In this document: positions 49,126 through 58,722 of the stretch, one piece after another | Layout of the letters: every line of letters begins with the position of its first letter | How positions within the stretch are numbered: the first letter of the stretch is position 1 | IMG/VR virus record: IMGVR_UViG_3300021963_000023 | Span: 1-64,000 of that record | Strand: one strand, 5' to 3' | DNA: 64,000 nucleotides | Translations under genes and position numbers: made by a program | The notes under the pieces: generated by a model | Databases searched by the model: none | Told to the model about the DNA's origin: nothing | The model's input: the letters and a program-made list of their open reading frames with translations, nothing else

Positions 49126-49148
49126 ATTAAAGGAACAAAAATTCAAGG

Positions 49149-49222
49149 CGGACTGTACGGGACTCGAACCCGTGAACTCTACCGTGACAGGGTAGCATGA
49201 TAACCAACTTCACCAACAATCC
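49149..49222 (-). tRNA. tRNA-Asp(GTC)
   Basis: cloverleaf. Confidence 0.9.
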
Positions 49223-49224
49223 GT

Positions 49225-49492
49225 GTTTGATCCTAACTCAGCTTAAGTTGCTCCATCCAAGTCTTGCTCTGGTTAACAAAGTCCTCGATGAGTTAGTTTC
49301 AAATAAAATAACAAGTTTTTCGTACGCTTTTGTACATCATAACCGATTATTTCTAACCGGTGGTTACATTTTCGTCAATTGGTTAATTACTCCCGACTTA
49401 TTGTAACTCTACCCACACCGCTTTAATACCGCGAATCAAGACGGCTTTTCGGGATTTATATACCGTGGGCTTCCACCACAGTCGTCACCTGT
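49225..49492 (-). ncRNA. candidate ~265-nt ncRNA
   Basis: no credible ORF; own TTTG-N19-TATATTTG promoter (49497-49527); local hairpins. Confidence 0.45.
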
Positions 49493-49535
49493 TATACAAA
49501 TATAAATTAAATTTTTTAAAATTCAAAATATATTT

Positions 49536-49608
49536 TGGTTGCGGAGCCAAGAATCGAACTTGGATGCACAGGCTTATGATACCTGGCGGGTTACCTAACC
49601 TCTCCGCA
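49536..49608 (-). tRNA. tRNA-Met(CAT) with reduced D-arm
   Basis: UGCGGAG/CUCCGCA acceptor, CAT loop, TTCGA, encoded CCA. Confidence 0.75.
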
Positions 49609-49611
49609 ATA

Positions 49612-49688
49612 TGGGGTGATCGACGAGATTCGAACTCGCTTTATTCTAGCGCCACAAGCTAGTGCTCTACCATACGAGCATCGATCAC
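49612..49688 (-). tRNA. tRNA-His(GTG)
   Basis: cloverleaf, C73, CCA. Confidence 0.88.
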
Positions 49689-49690
49689 AG

Positions 49691-49761
49691 AGTCAAGTAT
49701 TGGATTCGAACCAATGTACGAGGTTTTGCAGACCTCTACCTAACCACTCGGCCAACCTGAC
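49691..49761 (-). tRNA. tRNA-Cys(GCA)
   Basis: cloverleaf, U73. Confidence 0.9.
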
Positions 49762-49821
49762 TTTTTGTTCACTTATGTTCTCTGTTCACGGACCGTGAAC
49801 AAACAAAATTTGTGAACACTG

Positions 49822-49893
49822 AGGTCTCTAAAGGATTTGAACCCTTACTTCAACGTCCGTAGCGTTGCGTGCTATCCGTTACACCAAAAGACC
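49822..49893 (-). tRNA. tRNA-Arg(ACG)
   Basis: cloverleaf. Confidence 0.88.
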
Positions 49894-49897
49894 AATT

Positions 49898-50101
49898 TTA
49901 CTTCCATTGAGTTTTTCGGTTATACTTCCAACCTCTATACTCTCTTCTTTTATGGGATTCAATCGGTTTCCCGTTACCGTGTCTTCCATGAACAAAAGTT
50001 GGGGAACAGTCATAATACCAACTTCCGTTTCTTTTCTGACATATGAAACAATAGTTGTGTGATTGTTTCTTTGCTTTTACTTTGTACTCTTTGTTTGTCA
50101 T
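49898..50101 (-). CDS. small basic Cys/His protein
   Basis: CFIC...C...H; co-oriented with the tRNAs. Confidence 0.55.
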   Translation of the reverse strand: MTNKEYKVKAKKQSHNYCFICQKRNGSWYYDCSPTFVHGRHGNGKPIESHKRREYRGWKYNRKTQWK

Positions 50102-50180
50102 ATTGCATTAGTTTAACTAATGCTGGTCATATTTCTTTTTCATACTTTACAAATTGTAAGTGTTTTACTTTACATATTAT

Positions 50181-50254
50181 TGGCACGGGTGGAGAGATTC
50201 GAACTCCCATCGACGGTTTTGGAGACCGGAATGCTACCATTGCACCACACCCGT
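50181..50254 (-). tRNA. tRNA-Trp(CCA)
   Basis: cloverleaf, CCA. Confidence 0.9.
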
Positions 50255-50259
50255 GTATG

Positions 50260-50333
50260 TGATCCCTACAAGACTCGAACTTGTGACTCCCTCATTAAAA
50301 GTGAGGTGCTCTAGCCAACTGAGCTAAGAGATC
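50260..50333 (-). tRNA. tRNA-Lys(TTT)
   Basis: cloverleaf. Confidence 0.92.
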
Positions 50334-50338
50334 AATTG

Positions 50339-50411
50339 TGGAGAAAGTTGGTTACGCTCCAACTCCTAAGGATTTTCAGTCCTTCGCTTCTACTAAGTTA
50401 GCTTCATCTCC
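50339..50411 (-). tRNA. tRNA-Phe(GAA)
   Basis: cloverleaf; atypical T-loop AGCGTAA. Confidence 0.78.
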
Positions 50412-50416
50412 TTATG

Positions 50417-50489
50417 TTGGAATGATAAGACTCGAACCTATAACCTTCCGCGTATCAGGCGGATGCTCTCACCATTGAGCTACATTCCA
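50417..50489 (-). tRNA. tRNA-Ile(GAT)
   Basis: cloverleaf, loop CTGATAC. Confidence 0.85.
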
Positions 50490-50492
50490 ATT

Positions 50493-50565
50493 TGGTGGAC
50501 ACGTAGGGAATCGAACCCTTTCACTCTGATTGCAAATCAGGTGGTCTGCCATTGACATCCGGCCC
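50493..50565 (-). tRNA. tRNA-Ala(TGC)
   Basis: G3.U70, TGC loop, CCA; imperfect acceptor stem. Confidence 0.75.
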
Positions 50566-50613
50566 ATTATATTCTGCCAAAACTTGCTTTTTTTATAAGA
50601 TTTGGCACGGTAT

Positions 50614-50652
50614 AAAACAAAAAACCCTGAGATTTTGTAGTCTCAGGGTTTC
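50614..50652 (-). terminator. terminator of putative attenuator 1
   Basis: AAACCCTGAGA/TCTCAGGGTTT plus T-tract. Confidence 0.78.
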
Positions 50653-50674
50653 TAATATTTTAAGTTAAACTAAA

Positions 50675-50773
50675 TTAACCAACATCAGTATCTTCGAGAC
50701 TATCGGACATAGCACGCTCATCCGCCCATTTTGAGCAGATAATAAACGACATTGTATGTTTTTGTTGTCTCAT
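50675..50773 (-). CDS. 32-aa putative leader peptide MRQQKHTMSFIICSKWADERAMSDSLEDTDVG
   Basis: read by eye; lies between a TATCTTTG promoter (50802-50809) and a terminator. Confidence 0.55.
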   Translation of the reverse strand: MRQQKHTMSFIICSKWADERAMSDSLEDTDVG

Positions 50774-50911
50774 TGAATTTAGTTTTACCTTTTTTCTTTT
50801 ACAAAGATACTAATAAGTATTCGTAAAGTCAATAAAAACTCTAATTTTTATTTTTTTGAGTAAAAAACAAGTTAAGAGTTGCCGAGACTTGCCTTGTTGA
50901 TATTTATCAAT

Positions 50912-51454
50912 ATGGCAAAAAATAATAGACTAAACGTCTCTCTATTACCTTTATTGGTACTGTTTAGCTTCTATGGGTTATATTCTTATATAGTTAGCCC
51001 AATAGAAGAAACTAGATCTGTTTATATCTCAAAAGTTGAGAACAAAATTAAGATCGGTAAATTGGCAAACAATAGGAATTTAGCTTTTGGTTGTAAGAAT
51101 ATTTTTGAAGAAATCTTACAAGAAAAGGAATTTGTTATTGTTGATAACCCAAATTCTGCAGATTTGATATTCAATGCTGAGATTTTGTATTTTGACGTTA
51201 ATCGCACAAAAAGAAATATATCAGTATTTCATTCTGACATTGAGGAAACTCTGGTTGTTATGAAAGGAACACTTACAGATAAGAATGGTAAAAAAATAAA
51301 AGAAGCCGTTGCAGAGGAATCTAGTTCAGAAATATCAACATCGACTTTAATAACTGATGAGGGAAGTGATAAAATAAATCAACAAGCACTTTCGTCTGCA
51401 ATAAAAAAAACATCGGAATCACTAATAAATAAAATATTATTTAATAAAAAGTAA
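50912..51454 (+). CDS. membrane-anchored periplasmic protein, CsgG/LptE/TolB_N-like fold
   Basis: N-terminal TM; VYISKVENK...EEILQEK...ADLIFNAEIL...ALSSAIKK. Confidence 0.55.
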   Translation: MAKNNRLNVSLLPLLVLFSFYGLYSYIVSPIEETRSVYISKVENKIKIGKLANNRNLAFGCKNIFEEILQEKEFVIVDNPNSADLIFNAEILYFDVNRTKRNISVFHSDIEETLVVMKGTLTDKNGKKIKEAVAEESSSEISTSTLITDEGSDKINQQALSSAIKKTSESLINKILFNKK

Positions 51455-51455
51455 A

Positions 51456-53099
51456 ATGAAAAAAGCACTCTCTCTTTGTATTTTTTTATTAGTTGCCATG
51501 ACTTCTTTTGGTCAACTAACAATTAATCAAACAATAACACCAACAACAGGATTAAAAGTTGGTGACACATTAACAGTAAAATACACTGTTGTAAGGGGCA
51601 CCACAACCCCTCGTTATTTTTGGTTAAGATACTCATTTAATAATAAAGCATTAACAATGGTACCTAATAGTACTGTTTTTTCACAAGGTAATTCCGTACA
51701 GACATTTTATACTGGTTGGGATAACTATAAGTTTACACCAGCTGCAAATATTGCAGATACACAATTATATTTACAATATCAATCAACTCCTTGGGCATAC
51801 GCCGCTAACACAGATTGGAATGTTGGACAACTTACACTACAAAGAGCTGATGCATCAATTAATGGTGATATCGCAAGTCAAAAATATGTTTTAAAAGATC
51901 AAAACACATATAACAATATTCATAAACTTGATTTATCATATGCTATAAATGATTCGTCTACAAATATTTCTCCAATAACTAGAAATGCAACTAATATTTC
52001 ATTGTCCAATGTTCTTGGAAATACTTCACAGTTTAAGGTAAAAGTTTTGTTTCCACAAGGGTACACAATAACGGATCATAATATTCAGTTAATGAAATTA
52101 AAATCGGATGGTAGTGGTGATATAGATTGGTCACAACAACCCATTGCACAATTACCATTAGACGCTACTGGTGAAGCACTTTTCACAACACAAGTTAAAG
52201 TAGGTGATAGTATAGGATTATGGGTTAGTCCGGCGTCATCAAAAGCTTGGATGAATAACGTAATTACAGTTTCAGATGCATATAAAGCATTCTTAGGCCA
52301 TTCACAAACAGATATTAGTGGTACAGCCAACTTTTTTACATATCCAGTTTTAGAAAAGAAAATTGGTAATGTTACTAAAAACGATGCGATTTTTAACGAA
52401 AGTGACTCATATAATTTATTTGCACATGTCATGGGACAAAACGTATCTGCCAATGCATTTATACCAACTCAAACAGCAACGTCTTGGAGATTTCATAGTG
52501 GGTTATTAAATCAAAGTTGGTTAGATGGTATTCCAAAGTATAAGGTAACTATTGATACACCAATTAAAGAGGTTTATGCAGTATTTGCGTGGGGTGGTGA
52601 TTTAGATTGGTCACATTCATCTGATCCTGCGGTAATTGCTAGTAGAATATCATCAGGACAATTCACAAACTCAATTAATAATACTAAATCAACAATGTCT
52701 ACACAATCAATGGCATATAAAACCGAGGCATTGGAAACAGCTAAATTAAGTGTTGTATCTACATTAGAAAATGGTAAAGTTGTGCTAACAACGAATCTAA
52801 CGAAAGAGGGGTTAGCCGGATTAGAAGTTATAATGAATTATGATAATTCAAAATTAACTTTAGATAATATCATATTTGATTCTGGATCAAACATCACCAA
52901 TTTTTCAACTAAAGAAGAAGGTAGATTAACATTTGGTTCTATTGATCAATTAAAAACAGCTAGAATAAAAGTTGGTACACCATATAAATTAATATTTACA
53001 CCAAAAGATACCTTAACAAATACCGCTGGGTTATTCTACTTTGTTTTGTCTGATGCTGTTGATGGTTTCGGTAACAAAATAAATTTAATTGTAGAATAA
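51456..53099 (+). CDS. secreted protein with cohesin-like ends and a dockerin-like segment
   Basis: signal peptide; VGDTLTVKY..F.LRYSFNNKAL; ITVSDAY...FNESDSY; GLAGLEVIMNYDNSKL. Confidence 0.6.
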   Translation: MKKALSLCIFLLVAMTSFGQLTINQTITPTTGLKVGDTLTVKYTVVRGTTTPRYFWLRYSFNNKALTMVPNSTVFSQGNSVQTFYTGWDNYKFTPAANIADTQLYLQYQSTPWAYAANTDWNVGQLTLQRADASINGDIASQKYVLKDQNTYNNIHKLDLSYAINDSSTNISPITRNATNISLSNVLGNTSQFKVKVLFPQGYTITDHNIQLMKLKSDGSGDIDWSQQPIAQLPLDATGEALFTTQVKVGDSIGLWVSPASSKAWMNNVITVSDAYKAFLGHSQTDISGTANFFTYPVLEKKIGNVTKNDAIFNESDSYNLFAHVMGQNVSANAFIPTQTATSWRFHSGLLNQSWLDGIPKYKVTIDTPIKEVYAVFAWGGDLDWSHSSDPAVIASRISSGQFTNSINNTKSTMSTQSMAYKTEALETAKLSVVSTLENGKVVLTTNLTKEGLAGLEVIMNYDNSKLTLDNIIFDSGSNITNFSTKEEGRLTFGSIDQLKTARIKVGTPYKLIFTPKDTLTNTAGLFYFVLSDAVDGFGNKINLIVE

Positions 53100-53100
53100 T

Positions 53101-55386
53101 ATGAAGAAACTATTAGTAATATGTTTTTTACTAATTTCATTTTTAGGGTTCGGACAGAGCGTATCTGCTCCGGACTCTAAATCGTTTACACCATCCACAA
53201 ACGGACAAGATGGAAGTGGGTTTGTGTTAAGTGGATTTACCGCAACATCTACCTTACTGGCATCCATCAGTTTAATCAACCCATCAACAAATACTACATT
53301 CTATTTAACCACTACAACAGGTTTAACCGCCGCAAGTGGATTTACTTTAAGTGGTAACAAAACTCGTTTGGTTGTAACGGGAACTATGGCAGATATTAAT
53401 ACTGCATTGGCATCCTTAAAAGTGAATACCGGTTCGGTGGTGGGCAATGTTCAATTATCGGTAGCGGCAACTGTAAACCCTGTTGGTTATTTTTATAATG
53501 GTGTCAATGGACACTTTTATAGACCTATATCAAGTGGAGCAACTTATACAAACGCAAGAACATTATCGTCTGAACAAACATTCAAAGGCCAGCAAGGGTA
53601 TTTGGTAACAATAACATCAGCTTCCGAAGACGCTTTTATATTCGCTAATGTTCCACAATCTAGTATTTGGTTTGCATTAACAGATGAAGCATCCGAAGGT
53701 CAATGGAGAATTGATGCGGGGCCCGAAGCGGGAACTTTAATCAAAACATCAAACGGACAGACTGCTGGAAACATACAAGGACAGTACAATAACTGGGCGG
53801 GTGGTGAACCAAATAATAGTGGTAATGAAGATTATGCAGTAACTAAATGGGGTGGTGGAAACCAATGGAACGATTTACCCAATAATTTTAGTTGTGCTTA
53901 TGTAGTTGAATTTGGAACTTGGACTAACCCCGATGATGCAACCTTTACTGAATTTTATACTAATAGCGTAACTCACTCAAACGGAGAAGTATTAAGAGCC
54001 TCATTCAATATCGATTTTGGTAGTAATGTAGATGAAACCAAATTTTCAGCAAAAGGATATACATATACAAATAATACTTGGAATGTAGTAAACGGAACCG
54101 CTAAACAATTAAGTGGTTTGGGTAAAGTTGATTTGACAAGTTTATTGGATACCGCAAAAGTTTCAAATGGAGGGGTTAAAGCAAACACAACATCAGGACA
54201 AGTTGAATGGTGTGTGATTTATCAATATGATGCAACTAACCAAAGATATAGAATTGGGATAGATAGTAGAGAAGTAAATGGAATCCTATCAGACCCCACT
54301 AAAATTAGTAGTTTACAATTATTTGATTTATGGAACGGGCCTGTAACATTTAATTCTTATGACCAAAATGGTTGGACAGAAGTTTATATTTATACTCAAA
54401 CTCAATTCAATTTTAGTGGTTCATCTTTTGCGTCTAATATAAGAGCAGGAAATGGATTTTATGGATTACAAGCGGAGTTTACATTTACCGAAATTACCGC
54501 ATATAAACCACATGGAATTGAATTAACACATTCAAATCAAACCGAATTAAACACATTGTATAATAGTATAGTTGGTGTATCGGATGTGTATTTAGCATTT
54601 AAGGAATTAGCGGATGGTGGATTATTTGGAAATCAAAGTGGGATGGGATTAACAAATGGTATCCAGTATTTGAACGCTGATGTTGATGGAAATGGTATAT
54701 TCAATGAATCAGACACATACAAATTATTGCAACATCTTACAGGTGTTCAACCACTTTCACAATCTACAGCATTAACATATTTGATGAAGTTATATAACAA
54801 ATCGGATTATGATGCGGTAACAACATCAAATTGGGGAACTAAATTTAATTCAACTCGTAATTTAATTCCTTTTACTTTGGGTGGATTAAATAATGCATAC
54901 AATATAAGTGTAACTTGGTTAGGTGATGTAAACCTTTCGCATTCTGCACAACAAAGTGTAAGTGGTGTTAGTAGTAATTCTGTTAAGAGTATGGGATTAA
55001 TGAGTAATTCTATTACAAACGAGGTAAATGTTATACTAATGGGCGAAATTGTGGGTAATAAAATTATAAAGACATTATCAGTAGATCCATTACAACAGGA
55101 ATTAGTTGGAATTCAATTTCAGTTAAACTATGATAACACTAAATTAAAATTTGAAAAAGTCGAATTTAACACAAAGGGTAACCCCACAAATTTTGGAACG
55201 GATAAGGGTAATTTCATTAATGTTGGTTCTTTACTAACGAGTGGGGATGTATTAGATAAAACAACCGAATATAAAGTTGTTTTTTCACCTATAAATAATG
55301 TAACTGATATGTTAGGGCTAACATCAATATCAACAACTGATGCGGTTAATAAAAGTGGGAAACAATTAAAAATAAAAATAAACTAA
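53101..55386 (+). CDS. secreted C-type lectin + dockerin-like + cohesin-like adhesin
   Basis: signal peptide; GYLVTITS..E, WAGGEPNN, WNDL; ADVDGNGIFNESD; GIQFQLNYDNTKL. Confidence 0.75.
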   Translation: MKKLLVICFLLISFLGFGQSVSAPDSKSFTPSTNGQDGSGFVLSGFTATSTLLASISLINPSTNTTFYLTTTTGLTAASGFTLSGNKTRLVVTGTMADINTALASLKVNTGSVVGNVQLSVAATVNPVGYFYNGVNGHFYRPISSGATYTNARTLSSEQTFKGQQGYLVTITSASEDAFIFANVPQSSIWFALTDEASEGQWRIDAGPEAGTLIKTSNGQTAGNIQGQYNNWAGGEPNNSGNEDYAVTKWGGGNQWNDLPNNFSCAYVVEFGTWTNPDDATFTEFYTNSVTHSNGEVLRASFNIDFGSNVDETKFSAKGYTYTNNTWNVVNGTAKQLSGLGKVDLTSLLDTAKVSNGGVKANTTSGQVEWCVIYQYDATNQRYRIGIDSREVNGILSDPTKISSLQLFDLWNGPVTFNSYDQNGWTEVYIYTQTQFNFSGSSFASNIRAGNGFYGLQAEFTFTEITAYKPHGIELTHSNQTELNTLYNSIVGVSDVYLAFKELADGGLFGNQSGMGLTNGIQYLNADVDGNGIFNESDTYKLLQHLTGVQPLSQSTALTYLMKLYNKSDYDAVTTSNWGTKFNSTRNLIPFTLGGLNNAYNISVTWLGDVNLSHSAQQSVSGVSSNSVKSMGLMSNSITNEVNVILMGEIVGNKIIKTLSVDPLQQELVGIQFQLNYDNTKLKFEKVEFNTKGNPTNFGTDKGNFINVGSLLTSGDVLDKTTEYKVVFSPINNVTDMLGLTSISTTDAVNKSGKQLKIKIN

Positions 55387-56276
55387 TGAAAAAGATATTA
55401 TTAATTATATTGCTAATTTCAACAACACTTGTTTCAACCGCACAAACACAAACACCCGATACATTACAACTATCACCAAAAGAATTATTTGGAGAGAGTG
55501 ATGATTGGAATGATGTGGGTATATTACAATCTTATGTGGATTTTTCAAAAGATGTTCTTTCATCCTCAAACCTATCGGTTGGTATAATCGGAAAGCAAGT
55601 ATCTACAACTCTTAATTTAGGATATAGTAAGTCATCTAAAAATGGACAATGGGGTCACTCATTTGCAGCATCAATAAATCCTATATGGAATTATTATGGT
55701 GTGGGATATGGCTTTTCAAAAAATACCGAAAAGAGAACAACAACAATACAAACATTCTATTCAACCGATTTTGACTTCCAAAAGGATATTAACATTTCAT
55801 TTATAGATGTATTCAGAACTAAAAAGTGGGGAACTTTTGGATATAGTTTAACGGCATCTAAAACATATTGGGATTCATATCAAGGGGAATGGGAAGGAAA
55901 ATATACTATTGATGTAAATGGCAATTTTTTAGATTTGATTTATCCGCAAATGCCGGCATCATCACAAACCACTTATAAAGGAATGTTGATGTACACATAT
56001 ACACTTAAAACAAAGAGAGTTAATATATCTCCGCAAATATTTGCTATGAGTGATGTGTATGTAGATTTCAAAGATGGTGAATCTGATTTTGGTTATAAAA
56101 ATGATTTTAATTTGGACTTATATTATGGTACATCTATGGATTGGAAAATAACTAAAAGGTTCATATTAAACACAAATGTCAGATATAACACAACTTGGGA
56201 TAAGTTGTCAGAATCCGTAGGATATAAAAAGAGTAACCCATTAATGTTTATGATAGGAACAAACTTTCAATTTTAA
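55386..56276 (+). CDS. outer-membrane beta-barrel protein
   Basis: signal peptide; amphipathic strands; C-terminal GTNFQF beta-signal. Confidence 0.7.
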   Translation: MKKILLIILLISTTLVSTAQTQTPDTLQLSPKELFGESDDWNDVGILQSYVDFSKDVLSSSNLSVGIIGKQVSTTLNLGYSKSSKNGQWGHSFAASINPIWNYYGVGYGFSKNTEKRTTTIQTFYSTDFDFQKDINISFIDVFRTKKWGTFGYSLTASKTYWDSYQGEWEGKYTIDVNGNFLDLIYPQMPASSQTTYKGMLMYTYTLKTKRVNISPQIFAMSDVYVDFKDGESDFGYKNDFNLDLYYGTSMDWKITKRFILNTNVRYNTTWDKLSESVGYKKSNPLMFMIGTNFQF

Positions 56277-56279
56277 GAT

Positions 56280-56621
56280 ATGAAAAGATTATTATATATG
56301 TTTCTTTTTTTACTATGGGGATGTACTAAACCGGAGTTACCCACACCAACACCATCTGTTCAGAAAATTTTCAGTGTAAGTGAAAGTAGCGTTACAGATG
56401 GGCAATCTATTCATTTTGACTTACCATCGTCAGGTACCTATATATTAACACTTATTGATGTTGAGAGCGGACAAGTTGTTAGTCGAGAAAAATTTATTGG
56501 CGTTGCCGGGGAAAATATCAAAAAAATATATACCAAATCTATAGTATCGAAGTATTTATATTTGACACTTGCTTCGGCAGATAATGCCCAAATAAGTAAA
56601 ACAAAATTAACGCTAAACTAA
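56280..56621 (+). CDS. lipoprotein with Ig/T9SS-CTD-like domain
   Basis: lipobox LWGC; LTLID..GQVV...Y.LTL. Confidence 0.6.
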   Translation: MKRLLYMFLFLLWGCTKPELPTPTPSVQKIFSVSESSVTDGQSIHFDLPSSGTYILTLIDVESGQVVSREKFIGVAGENIKKIYTKSIVSKYLYLTLASADNAQISKTKLTLN

Positions 56622-56622
56622 A

Positions 56623-56997
56623 ATGAAAAAAACATTAACATTTGGATTATTAATACTTGGCTTAATTGGTTGCACTAAAGACGATCTTTTTATCAACCAA
56701 GAGATTAACCAAATTAAACCAGAGTTACAAATAAAGAATTCGGTTGGCCTTAAACTAGAGACAGCGTTTGTAACCGGAGAGGTTGCTATGAACGTGAAAA
56801 GTGAAGTTGGACAATCGGTAACCATAAAGATTTTTGATATTTCCAATAGAGTGGTATCAAAAGAGACCATGACCGTTAAATCTGGTGATAATATTTTAAA
56901 GGTATATACATCAGCTTTACCGTCATCAGCATATAGAATTGGTTTATATGACTCTAAGGGTAATCAATTGGGAATTACAGATTTTAATAAATTATAA
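56623..56997 (+). CDS. lipoprotein with T9SS-CTD-like domain
   Basis: lipobox LIGC; IKIFDISNRVV...G.N....S.LPS.AY.I...FNK. Confidence 0.65.
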   Translation: MKKTLTFGLLILGLIGCTKDDLFINQEINQIKPELQIKNSVGLKLETAFVTGEVAMNVKSEVGQSVTIKIFDISNRVVSKETMTVKSGDNILKVYTSALPSSAYRIGLYDSKGNQLGITDFNKL

Positions 56998-57012
56998 ATA
57001 AAAATACATAAA

Positions 57013-57327
57013 ATGTCAGAAGAATTAGAACAAAATAACGATGGTACATGGACTGGGTTAAAGAAAACCATTGTCGGTGTAATAACAACAGCAGTAATGG
57101 GCTTAGGAACTTGGGGAGTAACTCAGTTAACAGGTGGTGATGAGCCGGCTCCAGTACAACAATCGGCTCCTGTAATTAACATTACAAACTCAAATCAACA
57201 ATCTCAATCAGCAGGTGGTACAACTAAAATTATCGAAAGAGAAAGAGTTGTGGAAAAACCAGCAGCGGCACCAAAACCTAAGAAAAAAGAAGGTGATGAG
57301 TTTAAAGAAGAAGCACCTAAGTGGTAA
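57013..57327 (+). CDS. single-TM protein
   Basis: hydrophobic helix; P/Q/K-rich tail. Confidence 0.65.
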   Translation: MSEELEQNNDGTWTGLKKTIVGVITTAVMGLGTWGVTQLTGGDEPAPVQQSAPVINITNSNQQSQSAGGTTKIIERERVVEKPAAAPKPKKKEGDEFKEEAPKW

Positions 57328-57328
57328 T

Positions 57329-57502
57329 ATGGAACAGGGATTAAGTTTTATAGTGGTAGTTGCTTTGTGTAATATAGCTATGTTTGTATTTAATTCACCA
57401 ATTATGTTTTTAACATTTTTTATGGCGGGTGGTTGTTATTTGGTAATAAGAGGAAGAAAAAAAGGTTGGAAATTACCTAAAAACATAAAGGAGACACATT
57501 AA
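57329..57502 (+). CDS. small two-TM protein
   Basis: MEQGLSFIVVV...; start taken from the internal ATG of ORF 57215-57502. Confidence 0.5.
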   Translation: MEQGLSFIVVVALCNIAMFVFNSPIMFLTFFMAGGCYLVIRGRKKGWKLPKNIKETH

Positions 57503-57528
57503 TTAATTAATTTAAAAAAAAATAAAGT

Positions 57529-58137
57529 ATGAATAATCAACAACCAAGCGGTTTTAAAGAGTTATTAAACTCAATGATGAATAGAAGGTGGTTAATGACC
57601 TTAATTGTATTAATCACATTTATGTGCACTACATTTGGAATTTTAATTTCTATCCACGCAGAGGCAACTGTTGGACAGGAATGGAAAGAACTTATGTTAT
57701 TGTTATTAGGTGCTTTCATTGGTTCTTATGGTAAAATCATTGATTATTGGTTTAGTGATACCGATAAGGATAAGATGCTAGTGCAAAAGATGGATGAGGA
57801 AGATGGTGTTAGTTTAAGTAATACTGCAAATATGAAAGATTCTGAACCTAAACAATACTCACCTATTATTCCAGAAGCATTTCAAACAGATATCGAAAAG
57901 GTAAATGATACATTTAAACAAGTACCAACAACACAATCAAGGACCGGTATTGAAGTTGATGAAGATGGTGATGGGACTATGGATGGTATTGACTTCGATG
58001 GTGATGGTAAGATCGATGTATATTTCGCACACAGACAATGTCAACACGTTTGGGGAGATTCAGATGGGGATGGCGACCTAGAATGTCTGATATGTGGTAA
58101 AATAAAAGATCCTGAACCTGGCGAGGAAGAAGGATAA
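57529..58137 (+). CDS. two-TM protein with DxDGDG Ca-binding repeats
   Basis: LLLGAFIGSYGKIIDYWF; DEDGDG, DFDGDG, DSDGDG; C.H...C..C. Confidence 0.7.
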   Translation: MNNQQPSGFKELLNSMMNRRWLMTLIVLITFMCTTFGILISIHAEATVGQEWKELMLLLLGAFIGSYGKIIDYWFSDTDKDKMLVQKMDEEDGVSLSNTANMKDSEPKQYSPIIPEAFQTDIEKVNDTFKQVPTTQSRTGIEVDEDGDGTMDGIDFDGDGKIDVYFAHRQCQHVWGDSDGDGDLECLICGKIKDPEPGEEEG

Positions 58138-58167
58138 TAAAAATAATACGCGTAAAAATTTTAAAAT

Positions 58168-58455
58168 ATGGCAAGTTTTTTAAAAGAATTATTTAATGAC
58201 AATAACACAATTAACGAAAAATCAGTAGTTGGTTTTGCATCATTTGTTTGTATGGTTATAGCACTAGTTGTTGATTTAGTAACCGGGTACATGGGTAAAC
58301 CATTAGTAATAAACGAGTTCATTTTTGATGGCTTTTTAGTTATCACTCTTGGTTCTTTTGGTATCGCATCTGTTGATAAATGGATCAACAACAAAGGTGG
58401 TAAAAAAGAAGAAAGTGATAAAAAAGACGACGCACAAATTGAAATGGAGGGATAA
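58168..58455 (+). CDS. small two-TM protein (holin-like)
   Basis: two TM segments, charged tail. Confidence 0.6.
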   Translation: MASFLKELFNDNNTINEKSVVGFASFVCMVIALVVDLVTGYMGKPLVINEFIFDGFLVITLGSFGIASVDKWINNKGGKKEESDKKDDAQIEMEG

Positions 58456-58473
58456 TAACTAAAAACAAAAAAA

Positions 58474-58701
58474 ATGACAAACTTTATAAATAAGGCTAAA
58501 AATATGATTTTTAGTTTAACACTTGTTCTTACAGGTACCTGGATACTATTTGCGCTTTCTTTCCAATTGTATGCAGTGTTTTTACAAGTAAGTGGACAAG
58601 AAGAAAAAATGACCAGAATATCTAATGAGATATCTTGGAGAGTTGATGGTACGTTTAAAAATAACCCAGATAATATCTGGTACGAAGGCCCTTCTAAGTA
58701 A
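58474..58701 (+). CDS. small single-TM protein
   Basis: ORF in operon. Confidence 0.6.
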   Translation: MTNFINKAKNMIFSLTLVLTGTWILFALSFQLYAVFLQVSGQEEKMTRISNEISWRVDGTFKNNPDNIWYEGPSK

Positions 58702-58722
58702 TTTAGGTTAAAAAATATAGAC

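Noticed and set aside
49225-49492. RNase P RNA or group I intron
   Set aside because: No GAGGAAAGUCC P4 motif or recognisable P7 elements seen; left as an unknown ncRNA
48289-50314. Short ORFs overlapping tRNA genes (48289, 49006, 49010, 49465, 49616, 49837, 50059, 50120)
   Set aside because: Shadow frames of tRNA sequences
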